Below are positions 12,481 to 25,465 of a stretch of 64,000 bases of DNA, piece by piece. The DNA comes from Narcine bancroftii. Taxonomy: Eukaryota. A program made the translations under genes and the position numbers. Position 1 is the stretch's first letter. Every line of letters starts with the position of its first letter. Where the stretch lies: NCBI RefSeq assembly GCF_036971445.1, contig NC_091478.1, positions 68,510,001-68,574,000 on the forward strand, in the 5' to 3' direction. The notes under the pieces were generated by a model that saw nothing but the letters and a program-made list of their open reading frames with translations, was not told the DNA's origin and ran no database searches.

Positions 12481-14152
12481 CAGGGGTCACCAACCTTTTT
12501 GAAACTGCAAGCTACTTCAAGGGTACTGAGTAATACGAAGGGCTACCAGTTTAGTACACACTTCTGAAATAACAAAGTTGCACGGTTTACCTTTAATTAT
12601 ATATTATTATTGATATGTGAAGACACTGATCACATTAAAGATTCCTCACAATAATTATTAACAATGATTTAATAAGGTAGGAAACAGATACGTTTCAACA
12701 TGCAACACTTTATTTCTATTAATCTCTGCAACTGTTTCATTTTCAAATGATTACTTTTGCACCCTTTCATAGGAAATCATGTCCCATTTCTACGAGCCAC
12801 TAACTCTAACAATATTTAACAAATCATGAACTATGTACCATGTATGTACAAGTTATCAATTATGTAAGATTTAACAAAAATCAACTCTTTCAGATTTTTA
12901 AATAAATCTTATCACATTTTGTACTAATCACCAAATCTGCAGCATTTTTAACAAAATCATCCTATCTGTCACACTTTACGAACACATTTGTCACAATTTT
13001 TCAATATTTTATAATTTGTCAGTAAAAATAAACATTAAAAGATGGGTAATTTAATAAAAACATCAACTCCTCACATTGTGCCGCTTTGCCATCGCCAGTC
13101 GCCCCGCAAATGAGACACACAGTTTTCTTTCAAAATAGTTAAAAAACTCTTCCTCCCATTCACTGTGAAAATTAGAAGTTTTTCTTTTTTTTTTCTGCCA
13201 TGTTTTTGGGAGTAGAAACCTCATTTAGCTCGTCATCTTCGCAGCAAACGCTGAGGGCTGTCATGCGCACAACTGACCTTTGAACCAGACTAGATCAGTG
13301 TTTATGAATATTAAACATTTAAATTTTTATATAGTTACACAATCCTTTATCCGGAACCCTTGGGGGACAGCGTGTTTTGAATTTCGGATTTTTTTTGGAT
13401 TTCAGAAAGCCAGATTTAAACCACCCGAATTGTGCTGCCGTATCCACCCCTACCCCTTTCTAGTTGCACTGCCGGTCTCCCCGCCCCCGCAGTGCCAATC
13501 TCCCACCCGCCCAACTCACGCTGCTAGTCTCTCCCCCTCGCCGGCCCGACTCACGCTGCCAGTCTCCCCCGCCAGCCCGACTCGTGCTGCCGGTCTCACC
13601 CCCACTCCCGACTCATGCTGCCGGTCTCACCCCCCACTCCCGACTCATGCTGCCGGTCTCACCCCCACTCCCGACTCATGCTGCCGGTCTCACCCACACT
13701 CCCGACTCATGCTGCCGGTCTCGCCCACACTCCCGACTCATGCTGCCGGTCTCACCCACACTCCCGACTCATGCTGCCGGTCTCACCCACACTCCCGACT
13801 CATGCTGCCGGTCTCACCCACACTCCCGACTCATGCTGCCGGTCTCACCCACACTCCCGACTCATGCTGCCGGTCTCACCCCCACTCCCGACTCATGCTG
13901 CCGGTCTCACCCACACTCCCGACTCATGCTGCCGGTCTCACCCACCCTCCTGACTCATGCTGCCGGTACCTGTATTTTAGTTTTCAAATCTACGTCATTG
14001 CAAGTGTCATTCGAAAAGAATAGCAACACAATTAAATAAAATTTTAGACGGAGCTCATTAGTGACCTGTGCTATTTTTAGAACAGGCCCGCGGGCGACTT
14101 GTGGTTCCTGCGGGTGACCTGGTGCTCGCGGGCACCGTGTGGGTGACCCCTG
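12481..14152. mobile_element. Non-autonomous hAT (Charlie-like) DNA transposon
   Basis: TIRs CAGGGGTCACCAAC and GTGGGTGACCCCTG (13/14 match). Flanking 8-mers CTCTAGAC (12473-12480) and CTCTGAAC (14153-14160) fit an 8-bp TSD and the NTCTAGAN target preference. Confidence 0.85.
13576..13966. repeat. 31-bp minisatellite (CTCCCGACTCATGCTGCCGGTCTCACCCACA), ~12-13 copies, with degenerate copies from ~13465
   Basis: Read directly from the sequence. It explains the repetitive ORFs in all three plus-strand frames. Confidence 0.95.
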
Positions 14153-14954
14153 CTCTGAACTGAATATTCAGGTATATGACCCTCTTATTCCACCTCTGAC
14201 AAATGTGATCTTGACCGTGTCTTGATTGGTTGTATTTCCATTTGTCTCCGAATCATATCTACCTGATTTGGTGAGAATTTCCATCATTTGTTTCGCAGCC
14301 CCAAGATGCATTTATTTATCATACTTGCGATCATTAGTTTTCATTGTTCCTATTGAACAAAACCTGAAATGTTAAATTCCCAACTTTATTTTCAAAATTT
14401 CCCCACAGTATCAATCCTCCCTGATGCTGTATTCACCTTCAACCCTGCATCTAAGTGTTTGCACTTCTGTAAATATGACAACTTGGGGGATTTCCTTACA
14501 TTCTCTGCTCTCCCTGAGAAGGTGATACCTTTAGCTGCAAAGCCCTTTGACATAGACTTGGTTCTTAGTTCATGTCCTTACTTGTGCATTTCCCTCTCCA
14601 AATCTCACTTACCTCCCTGAAGATACCTCCAAAACCATTTTTCACCATCCCAGTGACCCTTCGTGTCTCAGAATTTCAATTTGAAAAGTGTTTGTTTGAA
14701 AGTTATCTTTACAATATTAAAATATGCTTCACAAAATGTACTAGTGGATGAAGCCAATCTGCTATTCAATTATTCTGGATTAATTTGACCCTTTACAGGA
14801 AGTAAAAGCCATAATAAGTGACAATGAAGTCACAATATTCAATTTTCCCAGCAGAAAAATCTATGCTTAACTGAGCCACCTGTTAAAGTTAAAAGGTGTC
14901 AGGATTAAGAAAACAAGTGAAGCACATTAGTTTTAGTTGCAGAACCATCAAAAT

Positions 14955-14964
14955 TTTATTTACA
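14955..14964 (-). terminator. Candidate distal polyadenylation signal of rnf166 (AATAAA overlapping TGTAAATA)
   Basis: The minus strand reads TGTAAATAAAATTTTG and is followed by a U/GU-rich tract (TGTGCTTCACTTGTTTTTCTT). Confidence 0.45.
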
Positions 14965-17900
14965 AATTGTCCAAACATACACACTAACTTCACACAGCAA
15001 CAAACGATTTCTAAAAAACTAGTTTGAAAATGTGCACTGTAGTACATTAAAAATATTAGAAAATTAGACAAGGTTTGTTTTACAGTTTAGCACAAGATTT
15101 CTCTTTTTTTTGCTGCTTGATGGAAGAATGTGGAAACTGCATCTCACGCCTCTGCGGTCAGAGGATTGAACCGGAATGATAAGTCAGGAAATCACACCAC
15201 AAGTAGCTCGGTGGCCTTGCCTCAGTGAATTCGCCAGCTTGATCATCATCACCGATGGCCAGTCCCTGATGGATAACTTTAGAACTATTTTTACCTGCTT
15301 AGGTACTGGAACCTGGCTTAGATTATTTTAAATTTTACAATGTGTTGTGTCTAAAGTATCATCAAAGCCAATTTAGAATTCAAATTTGTATGTATAATTG
15401 AAGGTCAAAACAATGGGAAGAATATTTTAACATAATTCCTATTCAGTTACAATCTACAGTGTTGAAGATAGAAGATTAGCAGCTAGCAAAGTTTATTGGT
15501 AACTACTAACCATGTTTATTTTTGCTAGTGAGCTGTAAGCCAAAAGTTATGCAACAGAAATTAAATATGAATTTTACACTTTAATAAATTAACATTTAGA
15601 AGAAATATAATCTATCTTGTATTTGCAAACTGCCAGCAAGTTCTACTAGTGATCTGAACAGTTTCAAAAACTGATCTTGCACACTAATCATTTTTCCCCA
15701 CACGCTAACATAACTGTTTCATCAGAAATCACAGGTTTAAAAAAAAATGAACTGGAAGTTTTTAATTTGTGCTCGGTTGGTTGAGGATTTAACAAGGGAG
15801 CAGAATTAATGATTTTTCTATAACAATTTAAAGCAAAATTATATTTTACTTTCTGTAACTCCACTGCAAACCAAAATCCAACATTACTTGAAAATCTATT
15901 AAATTCTTGACCAATTATATGGATTTTTGGTTCCTGCTCTCCAAAATCCAAATTTTATAATTATCGCTGATTTCTCTCTTCCTGTTAAGCACTACAAAAC
16001 ACTACTAAAACAGTACAGAAAATCCTTTCCAGGATTTATTGGAACTGGAATTTTTAATCTAAGCATTTTGAAACCAAGCCTTATCCACAGCTGATACAGC
16101 GGATACAATCTGGTTAATTCTTGTTCACTGCTGAAGATTACAGATTTCAGTTAACCTGGAACTAACTACAAATGCCACAAGAGGATGACGTTTTGATTGC
16201 TTTCATTCATTTTGAACTGTGTCTAGGAGGTAAAGTGGAATGTCAACAGTTAAATATCACAGAACATTGCTCCCAATAGTTTTTAGCTTCTCTTGCTAAT
16301 TACTACCCTGCATGTTGCTTTTAAAGAATATTAACTCATCACACGCTTCAGTTGTTTTTGGTTCAGCCACTTCACAATATGGAAGAGTCCTGCTATTATG
16401 ATTTATCTGGCTGACAAATTGGTTATTTGTGTTTCCCCTTGAACATACAAGAATTACTTTATTTCAATGATAATGCGATAACCAATGATTCACCACCCAG
16501 CATGAATGATGAATGGCTCAGAATGACATTATATAATTTTAGAATGTAAAAAGCCAGACAAGATAATATAATAAAGCAATGTTTTCAGAGTTCGAATTTC
16601 ATTCTGCAAAGTTCCTTCCACAGTTTTTAATAATCAGTTAAACATTAGGATTTACTACAAATCTGTCAATCCAAGATCTGAATTTCAAGCATTATGATTT
16701 TAGTTTGGAAAAAAATACTAGAATGAACATAAACTACTCCCCCAAGCCTGTCTAGTTATTCATTTTAAAAATGGCCAATCTAATTTCCATTTACCCTTAT
16801 CTGTTATATTTTTCTCTAAAGCACCACCTGCCCAATGAAAAACATCATTCCCTGAATACTATCACACCGTTAGGACTTTGTACAGTGTTAAAACAGGAAA
16901 TTAAGAGATGACAGGCCCCAACAGTTAGCGAGTCATTTGGACCCAAGAAAGGATTTTCCATGCACAATATGAGGTTACATGAGATGCACAAGGATGCCTA
17001 CATGAGACTGCGTGTGCTCTAAGATGTCTACCAGTGCATCTGCACATGCATTACCTGTGGAAGATAGAAGGTAGTCATAATTGGAAAGACAGGTTATGAA
17101 CTGGAAAAAAATTGAGATAGAATGAAATGAATTTTTAAAAAATTACTGCAAACATAAAACATCAACAGCAAAATCTTTTCCAGAGAAGTCTGTAAAGTGT
17201 AGCACCAAGGAATAACACTGGATTATATGAATATATATGTTATAAATATTTCCTTATAAATTAAAAAATATTAGATAGTTGTGCAAAGATCATCTAGAGG
17301 CTTTACTTTCATGTTGGAGGGCATAGCTCTATTCCCAAAGCAGCAAACACAAATCTACATATTCAGGGATCTCAAATCCAGGACAAAGTTCAGTAAAGTG
17401 AGGACCCTGACATGGCCAATCATCAATGCTGGATCTGAGAAGATTGTACAAATACATTTTATACTGTTTATAAATGGGCAATTTTCTGAAGTCCTGTCAT
17501 AAGAATACAAGTTAGTTGGCTTCTTCTTTTCTTTGGCTTGATTTCGCGGACCAATAGTCACCTGATAAGTTTGTGTGGTATTTTCAATTAATGCTAGTTT
17601 CCTTCTCCTTGAAAAGCATGGCATGAACCCACCAAGTAAATGTTATATTGACACAGATGAGAATTAGAATGAGAATTGTTACAACAATTCTAAGCCTAAT
17701 ATTCAAAAAGCCTGACTGCAAAATAGCAGAAGTAATACTGGGAAATACTGTGAGGATTTTTTTTTATATGTTAAACAAGCTTGGTTAAGGAAATGAAGGT
17801 GCCAAATCATGTTCGTGATAAATTGCTGTAGCAGTACGAAATTACTGAAAATGAACCCAATAATTATGATTTTTTTTTCTGGCAATGTTTTCTCAACTCA

Positions 17901-20133
17901 TCTTTCTCATATATGAATCAGTACAAAATCATCAACTGATGCTGTATTCAAGTAAATGAACAAGACACACCAGACCTGCACTGTTGGAGATAAGGATTGG
18001 GAGAAGAGTTTCGGGTCAGTGGTGATGAAGGAGAGGAGGGGTTTGAGGTCTGGCAGTTCTGCGATATGCAGAGCATTTACACTGATGAGAAGAGGAGGAA
18101 ATGCAATGGAGTCAACTAGACATGAGAACGAGACAGTTGTTTAGGGGTCCTGAGGACATCACTCCCACATCAGCAAGCGTGAAAGGTCAGAAAACCATAA
18201 AAATCAGACACATGTGGAAGACAGATACCTTCAGCTTCCTAGAAATGGAAGAGACAGGTCTGATTCCCCTAATGCTGAACTTTCCAGTTAAGACCAAGTC
18301 ACTGTGACAAGTCTGTGCCATTCATGAGTCTCCTTTCTGCAGAATAATTATGTCCTTAATAAGAAATATGCATTGTATATCCTTTGTGGCCAAGTGGACT
18401 CCATGCACATGGATGTCAGACACAAAGAAAAACTGGAACACAGTTCTTAAAGTACATTGCTGTCACAAATGGGGATTTTAATAATGATTTATAAAAATCT
18501 TGTGCTACTCACAGCTAATAAAGATCCTTAGTGATTCCCAGGCATGTTGAATGTCTCTGAGCAACCAATGGCACAAAATATGCTTGAAGTACTCTTAAAA
18601 TAATTGCAAGTGTTATTCAGCCAAGAGGGCAAAAGTATGATGCAAAATGAATGGCACAAGTACTGCTTTTAGAGAATGCCAATCATATTCAACCCTGCAC
18701 GCATCTCATTTCAAAGAACCTAAGGTCTTTCAGTACTGACTTACTTGGAATATGGCCTTTGAATAGCATTCCCAAATATCACCAAGAATCAAAACTGTCA
18801 GAGAATCCAAAATATAGTTGCAGTACTCACATTTAAAAAGGCATTTCAATTATCCAATATATCCAGAATTAACACCTGCAGGGATCTGGATCATTATTTT
18901 TATAGCAATTTCTGAGAGCTTCATTGGTATTTATAAACTCCAGGTTTTGTGTCAGGATTAGGCAAATATTCACTGAAATCTTGGAAATTACTGATACCTT
19001 CAATCAAATTAATGAAGTAACACACAGTTACAATTCAAATAAACACAAGAAATCTCCCTACGTGATACTTTGCAAATCACATTTTGTACATTGGACAAAA
19101 CACCGTGGCAATCAACAGCGAAACAGAAAATCTGCAGATGCTAGAATCTTACATGACAAAGTGAAACTTTAGGAACTCTGTGGTTCAGGCAGCACCCATG
19201 GATAGAAAGAGCCAGTCAACGATTTGATTGGGACTCTATTTTCAAGAACGCGCCTTGGCCCAAAATGTTGAAGGACCATTTCTATCCATGGCTTCCACCC
19301 AACCAGCTGTATTTCTCCAGCTTTTCTTTGTTCAATTGTCCACCAGGTTTTTCCAATGAGACAACAGCAACAAAGTCAAGTACAAGTGAGGGGAAAAAAA
19401 ATTCCATGGCAGACACTAAATAGAGACATCAAATACGTGTACCCTGTCAACCTGGTTTTCATTAAACTTGCAATCCACTAAGTGTGAAATTCGAGCTCTG
19501 ATTTGCAGAAAAATAAATGATTCATGGCACTTGAAATATTCCTTCACTCAGTTCAAGTTTTCTATTACCTGCTATAGTTTTTAAAATATTCTTTCATATT
19601 TTAAAATCTAAAAATTAAAAACAAACTTTAAATCAAACACCCTTTTACATCAACACCCTCCCTCAACAAATATACAAAAATGTGAATAAATTTATATCAA
19701 ATATATTCAGACGTATGCAAGATTCTTTAAAGTAAAAAAGACTTGAGTAAACGCTGGAACTAGCAGAGCTACAAAAAAAAAAATCGGACAGAATGCTAGG
19801 GAGAGAACATGATCTGTGCTCAAGTCTGAAAAGTAACACATCGAGCATGAGAGCACCCTACTGAAAACTTGCAAATGGGCAAGATATTTCTCCAGATGTA
19901 CAGAACCTCACAGAAGGCTCAGAAAAGAACACTTCCTCTGGACACCTAGAGGAATGACCTGTGCAGAGGATGGCAGCACCTTACTGAAAGCTGGGACATT
20001 ACTTTTGCTCCGATGAGAAAAGGTGACTTGTGCAGATGACAGTACCCTTCAGAATGCTGGGAAATTGGTAGCCTTTGCCCAGGTGAGAGAAGTACAGAGG
20101 ATATCTACTTAGGTTTCTGTGCTGATTGCGGTT

Positions 20134-20199
20134 TCATTTCTCAGTGAGTGAAAGTGCGATTGCTGCGTGCAATGCTGCATCTTCATCAATGCTGTAATC
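20134..20199 (-). CDS. rnf166: RING finger protein 166, coding exon 6 (UIM and stop)
   Basis: Acceptor TTTGCAG|GAT. Encodes DYSIDEDAALHAAIALSLTEK*, matching the RNF166 C-terminal ubiquitin-interacting motif. Confidence 0.95.
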   Translation of the reverse strand, partial: DYSIDEDAALHAAIALSLTEK

Positions 20200-21330
20200 C
20201 TGCAAAAGGAAATGACAAATGCAGGTAATTTTGACCCCTACTGGTGAAACGTAGTACAGCACTTGTGCAAAATGGCATCTCCTCAACACTGGAAAAAGAA
20301 TCTCACTGTCAGACACATTAACCTCGTTTGCAAATGGGAGAAGGAGCCCAATACAAGAGACAGCAGAAAACAACACAGAAATCCCTACCACATTTCTTTA
20401 CTCCAAGGTGAGATATTGTCTGTGCTTTTTGTGGAGCAAAATTGTAAATCTATTTACACAAGTACGTTCTGCAGAAATATCCCTCCCATCCACATTGGGG
20501 ATCAGCAGTTTAATTCACATTGAAACTAGGCATCAGATTTTTACGTTCAATTTGACAATATCAAATCAGAAAGTCAGACTAAAAAAAAAATCAGATGGGA
20601 GTATTGTATTTTAATTTAATAGTATGGCTATACTAATGACACTATTAGAAAGTTTGCCTTATTTATTGGTTTGCAAAATATTTGTACAATGAAAATACAA
20701 TCCCACAACAGGAACAGATCGTGAAAAATGGTCCTACACAATTATCTTGTATCGCACTGTATATAGATAAAATTTGATCACCTTCCTGAAGGTTCCATCC
20801 AAGTCATGCCTCTGAGAATGTCTCCTTCCCCTAATGATCTTTGTCTTAATGTCTCATTGTTATTCTGGTTTTGCCTACACCTTTTTCAGCACTGACCCAA
20901 TTCAAAGCAAGCACCGTGTCAAATTGCACATTAAAGGTGAATTATGAAAAGTTCATTTAAATTAATAAACATGCAGCCTTCCTACTTTGTCAGCTGCCCT
21001 TCAGCACTTAACCCACATTATCAAACAGGGATCTTGAAGATGAAGAAGGAAACCATGGGTGAATCTAACCCTGGCCTCACCTGACATCCTAACACACACA
21101 CACTTTCCAGGAGTCTAATCATTAGCCCAGAGTTGGACAGCTAACCTTTCCAACTCTGATTGCCATTCAAATACAGATAATTTAACTGAGCACTGAGTAA
21201 TTATCAAACTTTGGAGGACTCTCAAACCTATATAATTCAAGAAATTAACATACTTTATAATATATTTCTCAACTGAGCTACTATCATTTTCTCATTATTC
21301 TTTCCACTATGATAATGAACTTGTGCTTAC

Positions 21331-21438
21331 CACAAAGGTATCATAGGAGAATTTGTGTCTATGAAGCAAATGCTGGAGAAAATTGGCACTCTTGTAGCTT
21401 GGATCTCCCCATGGCATTGCCACACAAATTGGACATAC
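21331..21438 (-). CDS. rnf166: RING finger protein 166, coding exon 5
   Basis: AG|GTA...GTG|GTAAGC, 108 nt. Encodes [36 protein letters not shown] (Di19-type zinc finger). Confidence 0.96.
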
Positions 21439-22138
21439 CTATGCAAGTAGGAAACACAATCAAAGAAGTGGAAGATAAAAATCTCAAAGACCACTTTGTT
21501 TTTCTTGTTTTTTTTTTAAAAAGTGTGATCTATTTGTTCAACAATACCAATGCTAGAGGCATTCCGAAAGCATACTCAGCACTGGATGCATTCTGGACAT
21601 TTTCTTCATCTCCTTGCACTGCTTCCTTTGTCCCCTCTCACTACCTCTCCAAAACTGGAACAGAGTTTGTTTACATATACAAGTTTTGCTCAAGTAAACA
21701 ATGGCACATTAAGGCAACAATTTTGCACAACCTTTCACTACAACCAACAAATGTGCTGTATTTCTTCAATCTTATTTTAATGGAACGTTCATAAGTTTTT
21801 AAACACACCATCACCCAGAGCCATCAAAATATACATTTCAGATTGTCAGAGTACATATTGTACATGATATCACAAACAACCCTGAGATTCTTTTTCCAAC
21901 AGGCCAGGCACTTATTGGCAGTGCAAAAAAAAACATGAAAGATGCATGAAACATTGTTTTCCAGTGATTTATTTGTTTTGCAAAATCATCTACAGTGCAG
22001 TGTTTATAATTAATCCATGAAAACTGGCAATAGAATTGAACATAAATATTAGCTAAATAATTAAGTTGAAAAAGACATGCTGAAAATTATCAACCTTTAA
22101 TTATCCTAGATTGAATAGGAATGGAGAAACATACTCAC

Positions 22139-22253
22139 CACTTTGTTGGGGTCACTACGATGATTTTCCATGCAGTGTTTGACTAGTTCTTGTTGGTCAA
22201 GGTTGCGTGCCCCACAGTATGGGCAAACAAATGTGGAACGGTTTGGAATATTA
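22139..22253 (-). CDS. rnf166: RING finger protein 166, coding exon 4
   Basis: CCTTCAG|T...GTG|GTGAGT, 115 nt. Encodes (S)NIPNRSTFVCPYCGARNLDQQELVKHCMENHRSDPNKV. Confidence 0.96.
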
Positions 22254-22547
22254 CTGAAGGAGAAAAGAATGCTTTAATAATTTGAGAATGTACAATTACT
22301 TACATGTCCATCATGTTTGCAAGATCAGGGATAATAATCATTGCTGAGTTGTACTGGACATTGTAATCAGGAAAGGAGGATTAAATATGAAAGAGAAATC
22401 ACCTTAAAGATGTTCAAATAAAATATGGAAGGATTATGTTTCAAATAGATCTGATTTCATGGATTCCAAAATTATACTATTAGTGAGCGTAATAATCAGC
22501 CTGCAGCTGAGAAGTCAATAACCAGGATGAAAAGGGTTAGCGAGGAG

Positions 22548-22701
22548 TTATGAAGACTTGTTCTTATTCAAAGGGTCATGGGTTGGGGGAGTGGGGGGGG
22601 CGGGTGGGGGTAGGGATTTGTTATGAAGACTTGTTCTTATCCAAAGGGTCATGGGTAAGGATTTGTTATGAAGACTTGTTCTTGTCCAAAGGGTCATGGG
22701 T
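22548..22701 (+). repeat. Three direct copies of ~36-bp TTATGAAGACTTGTTCTTATCCAAAGGGTCATGGGT with G-rich spacers
   Basis: Read directly from the sequence; lies in rnf166 intron 3. Confidence 0.85.
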
Positions 22702-23596
22702 GGGTAGGGATTTGGGGTGTTTTGAAGAGGTCAGAAAAAAAAGGGTAGCAGAGTATCTTTGGACTTCAGAAATATCTAGACAGGTAAGATGTAAAGTACA
22801 AACCAATAGCTGGCTAATGGGAATAACCCCATCCATGCCATACATTTCTATGATTTACTGATTGCAAAATTGATTGCAATTCTCACACTGCTTTGGCATC
22901 TCCATTTCCACTTTCATATATGGCAACTTGCTCAAATCTTTACCATCTTTCTATATTGTAAAGAATTCTACTTCATTATTGCCATTATATTCACCAAATT
23001 CTTTTGGGATTCCATCTCCACACAAAGGATTAAAAGTCCTGATCTTAATTTAAAATTCTGTTTCACTTTTGTCACATGAATTTCAGTCTTGCATTAGAAA
23101 GCTTTCCACATATTTATTTACTTTGATACTACATGCCCATCTTATCCTCATAACAAAATATACTCCTGAATTTGTTCTCACATTTTTCTAAAGGTTCTCA
23201 TCAACACTTGGTGCTATAATTGTCATGCAAGAAAGGTACCATGGGACAGTACACTAAATATAATTATTTTTATAAATACAGTTAAACATGTCACAAACAT
23301 TACAATATTTTGAATATGTTTGTATAGCTGTTAAGTAAACAATGGTATTTAGAAATAATTTTTTCTTCAAAGATCAAAAGCAAGCATTTTTCCAAATGAA
23401 CGGTGCACAATAATTTACACATTTCTGTTAACAATTTCTCTAAAATAGAAGTAACACAATTTATATACTCAGAATGGAAGCCAGCAAACTCTGTAGATGT
23501 CATCCACTGAAATAGATGAGGAATTTTGTAATGGCTTGCAAACCCTACTAATGGGTTATCTCTATGAACCTCTTTAGCACTGCAGATTTATTTTAC

Positions 23597-23709
23597 CTGG
23601 GAATAGGCTGTGTCGTAGGAACAACAGGTACAAACTTTGGACAGTTGTCCATCTGCTCTTGAACTTTACTGCAAGAAGAAATATGAGTCCGCATCTTCAC
23701 CAGAGTTAC
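23597..23709 (-). CDS. rnf166: RING finger protein 166, coding exon 3
   Basis: CACTAG|GTA...AG|GTAAAA, 113 nt. Encodes VTLVKMRTHISSCSKVQEQMDNCPKFVPVVPTTQPIP(S). Confidence 0.96.
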
Positions 23710-24184
23710 CTAGTGCAAAAACATAGATTGATTATATTAGTCCAAAATTTGGAGCTGTACATTTCTCATGTTGTACCAAGAAAAGTACAATTCTTGTTGT
23801 TTCAATTTTGATTAAATTTTAAATTTAGACATACAGCACAATTACAGGCCATTTTGGCCCACAATTTAAAAATCATTGAGAATGTGTCCTTTTCTTGGAA
23901 ATCTGTTGGTTAATGAATGAATCAAATGATCATTGTTGCAGGATCTTGGTCATGAAATACACCCCTTACTAAAATTCAACTTCCATCCAAACGCGATGAG
24001 CCTACTTGTCCCCAAAAGAGGACAGTGCATCATCACTAGCAGGCCAAAGAATAGTTCTTAAAAATCTATAGTTATCGTATAATTAATATTTTCCCATTGG
24101 TTTCTGTACCTGAAAGTACAAACTTTGAGATTGTGTAAGAAGCAGGCCTCAGCCTGCTCCAATGTCAAATTATCTGAGCACACT

Positions 24185-24680
24185 CCTCAACAGCAAGGAG
24201 ACTGGGAGATCTCTGTTGATACCTCAACCCTGTCTGTCACAATAGCATAAATCTCTGTGGCCACCCATTTCAATTCCCCATCCCATTCCCTTGCTGACAA
24301 GTCTGTCCATGGTCTCATGCATTGCCATTCTGAGACCACCCGCAAAATGGAAGAACACCCCATCTTCCATCTTGGCACCCTCTAACCAGATGGTATTAAC
24401 ATCAATTTCTGTTAAACCTCTCCCCCCAACACCACCTTCTTCCACAGCTCTGTCTCTCAAAGAGCCAAAAATCAATTCTCACCTTTCCTCTTATTCTATC
24501 CAAATAACACCTTTTGACTGTTGGTCTGGACTCCTCCCCCTGCCATTCTTCAGTCTTTATTCTGACTCTTCCTGTTCTCTGCTTATACTTTGAAGGGCTC
24601 AGGCCTGAAACGTCAGTAATGAATCTTTAGCTATGGATGCTGCGAGACTGGCCAAGTTCCTCCAGCACTTCTGTGTATTT
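24185..24680 (+). mobile_element. Penelope-like element fragment (degenerate GIY-YIG region and 3' end)
   Basis: Shares ggagactgggagat...cccatttcaattccc...caaaatggaagaacac...tgaagggctcaggcctgaaacgtc with the copies at 50070-50735 and 60350-61000. Confidence 0.65.
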
Positions 24681-24944
24681 TTAGTTTACTGGAAAAGGCA
24701 AACGACTTGTAGAAGACATTTTAAATGTCTTTCTCAGGACCACAATTATACCATATCAGATTAACAATGGAAAAACTTAAAAAGATGATCAATTCAAAAT
24801 AGGGTGTGGAAAAAGATACTAACAAGGTGATGCTAATTTGCCACTGAAGGATACACAGTGCCCTCCATAATATGTGGGATAAAGACATTTTTTTTCCATT
24901 TATTTGCTGCTGTGCCTTACAGTAATCAAACATTCACATTTAAA

Positions 24945-25465
24945 TTAAAATGCCCAAATCTCTGGTGAAACCACACTTAAAGTATTGTGTTCAGTTCTGG
25001 TCACCTCATTACAGGAAAGATGTGGAGGCTATGGAGAGGGTGCAGAGGAGATTTACCAGGATGATGCCACGAATGGAAAATAAGTCTTATGAAATATGGT
25101 TAGCAGAGCTGGGACTTTTCTTTTTGGAGCAAAGAAGGACGAGAAGAGACTTAATAGAAGTCTACAAGATTCTGAGAGGCATAGATAGGGTGGACAGCCA
25201 GTGCCTTTATTCCAGGAATAGCAAATACAGAGGACATATGTACAAAATGAAGGAGGGTAGTTTATGGGAGACATCAGGGGTAAGTTTAAAATAAAAATTA
25301 TTACACAGAGAGTTGAAGGTGTCTGAATGCCTTGCCACGGGTAGTGGTGAAGGCTGGAACATTAGACAGAAAAATTGAGGTAGGGAGGGTTTAGTATCTT
25401 ATTTAAGGAATATACCCCATATCAAGGGCCAAAGGGCCTGTACTGTGATGTACTGTTCTATGTTC
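24945..25465 (+). mobile_element. CR1 LINE 3' fragment
   Basis: ORF KSLVKPHLKYCVQFWSPHYRKDVEAMERVQRRFTRMMP...RRDLIEVYKILRGIDRVD. Confidence 0.9.

Noticed and set aside
13280-14039. Long ORFs (247, 191 and 112 aa), and a CRISPR-like look to the repeat
   Set aside because: The ORFs are translations of a stop-free 31-bp minisatellite. The repeats are contiguous with no unique spacers, there are no cas genes, and the context is vertebrate.
21309-21794. 161-aa plus-strand ORF
   Set aside because: It is antisense to rnf166 exon 5 plus intron sequence, with no recognisable domain.
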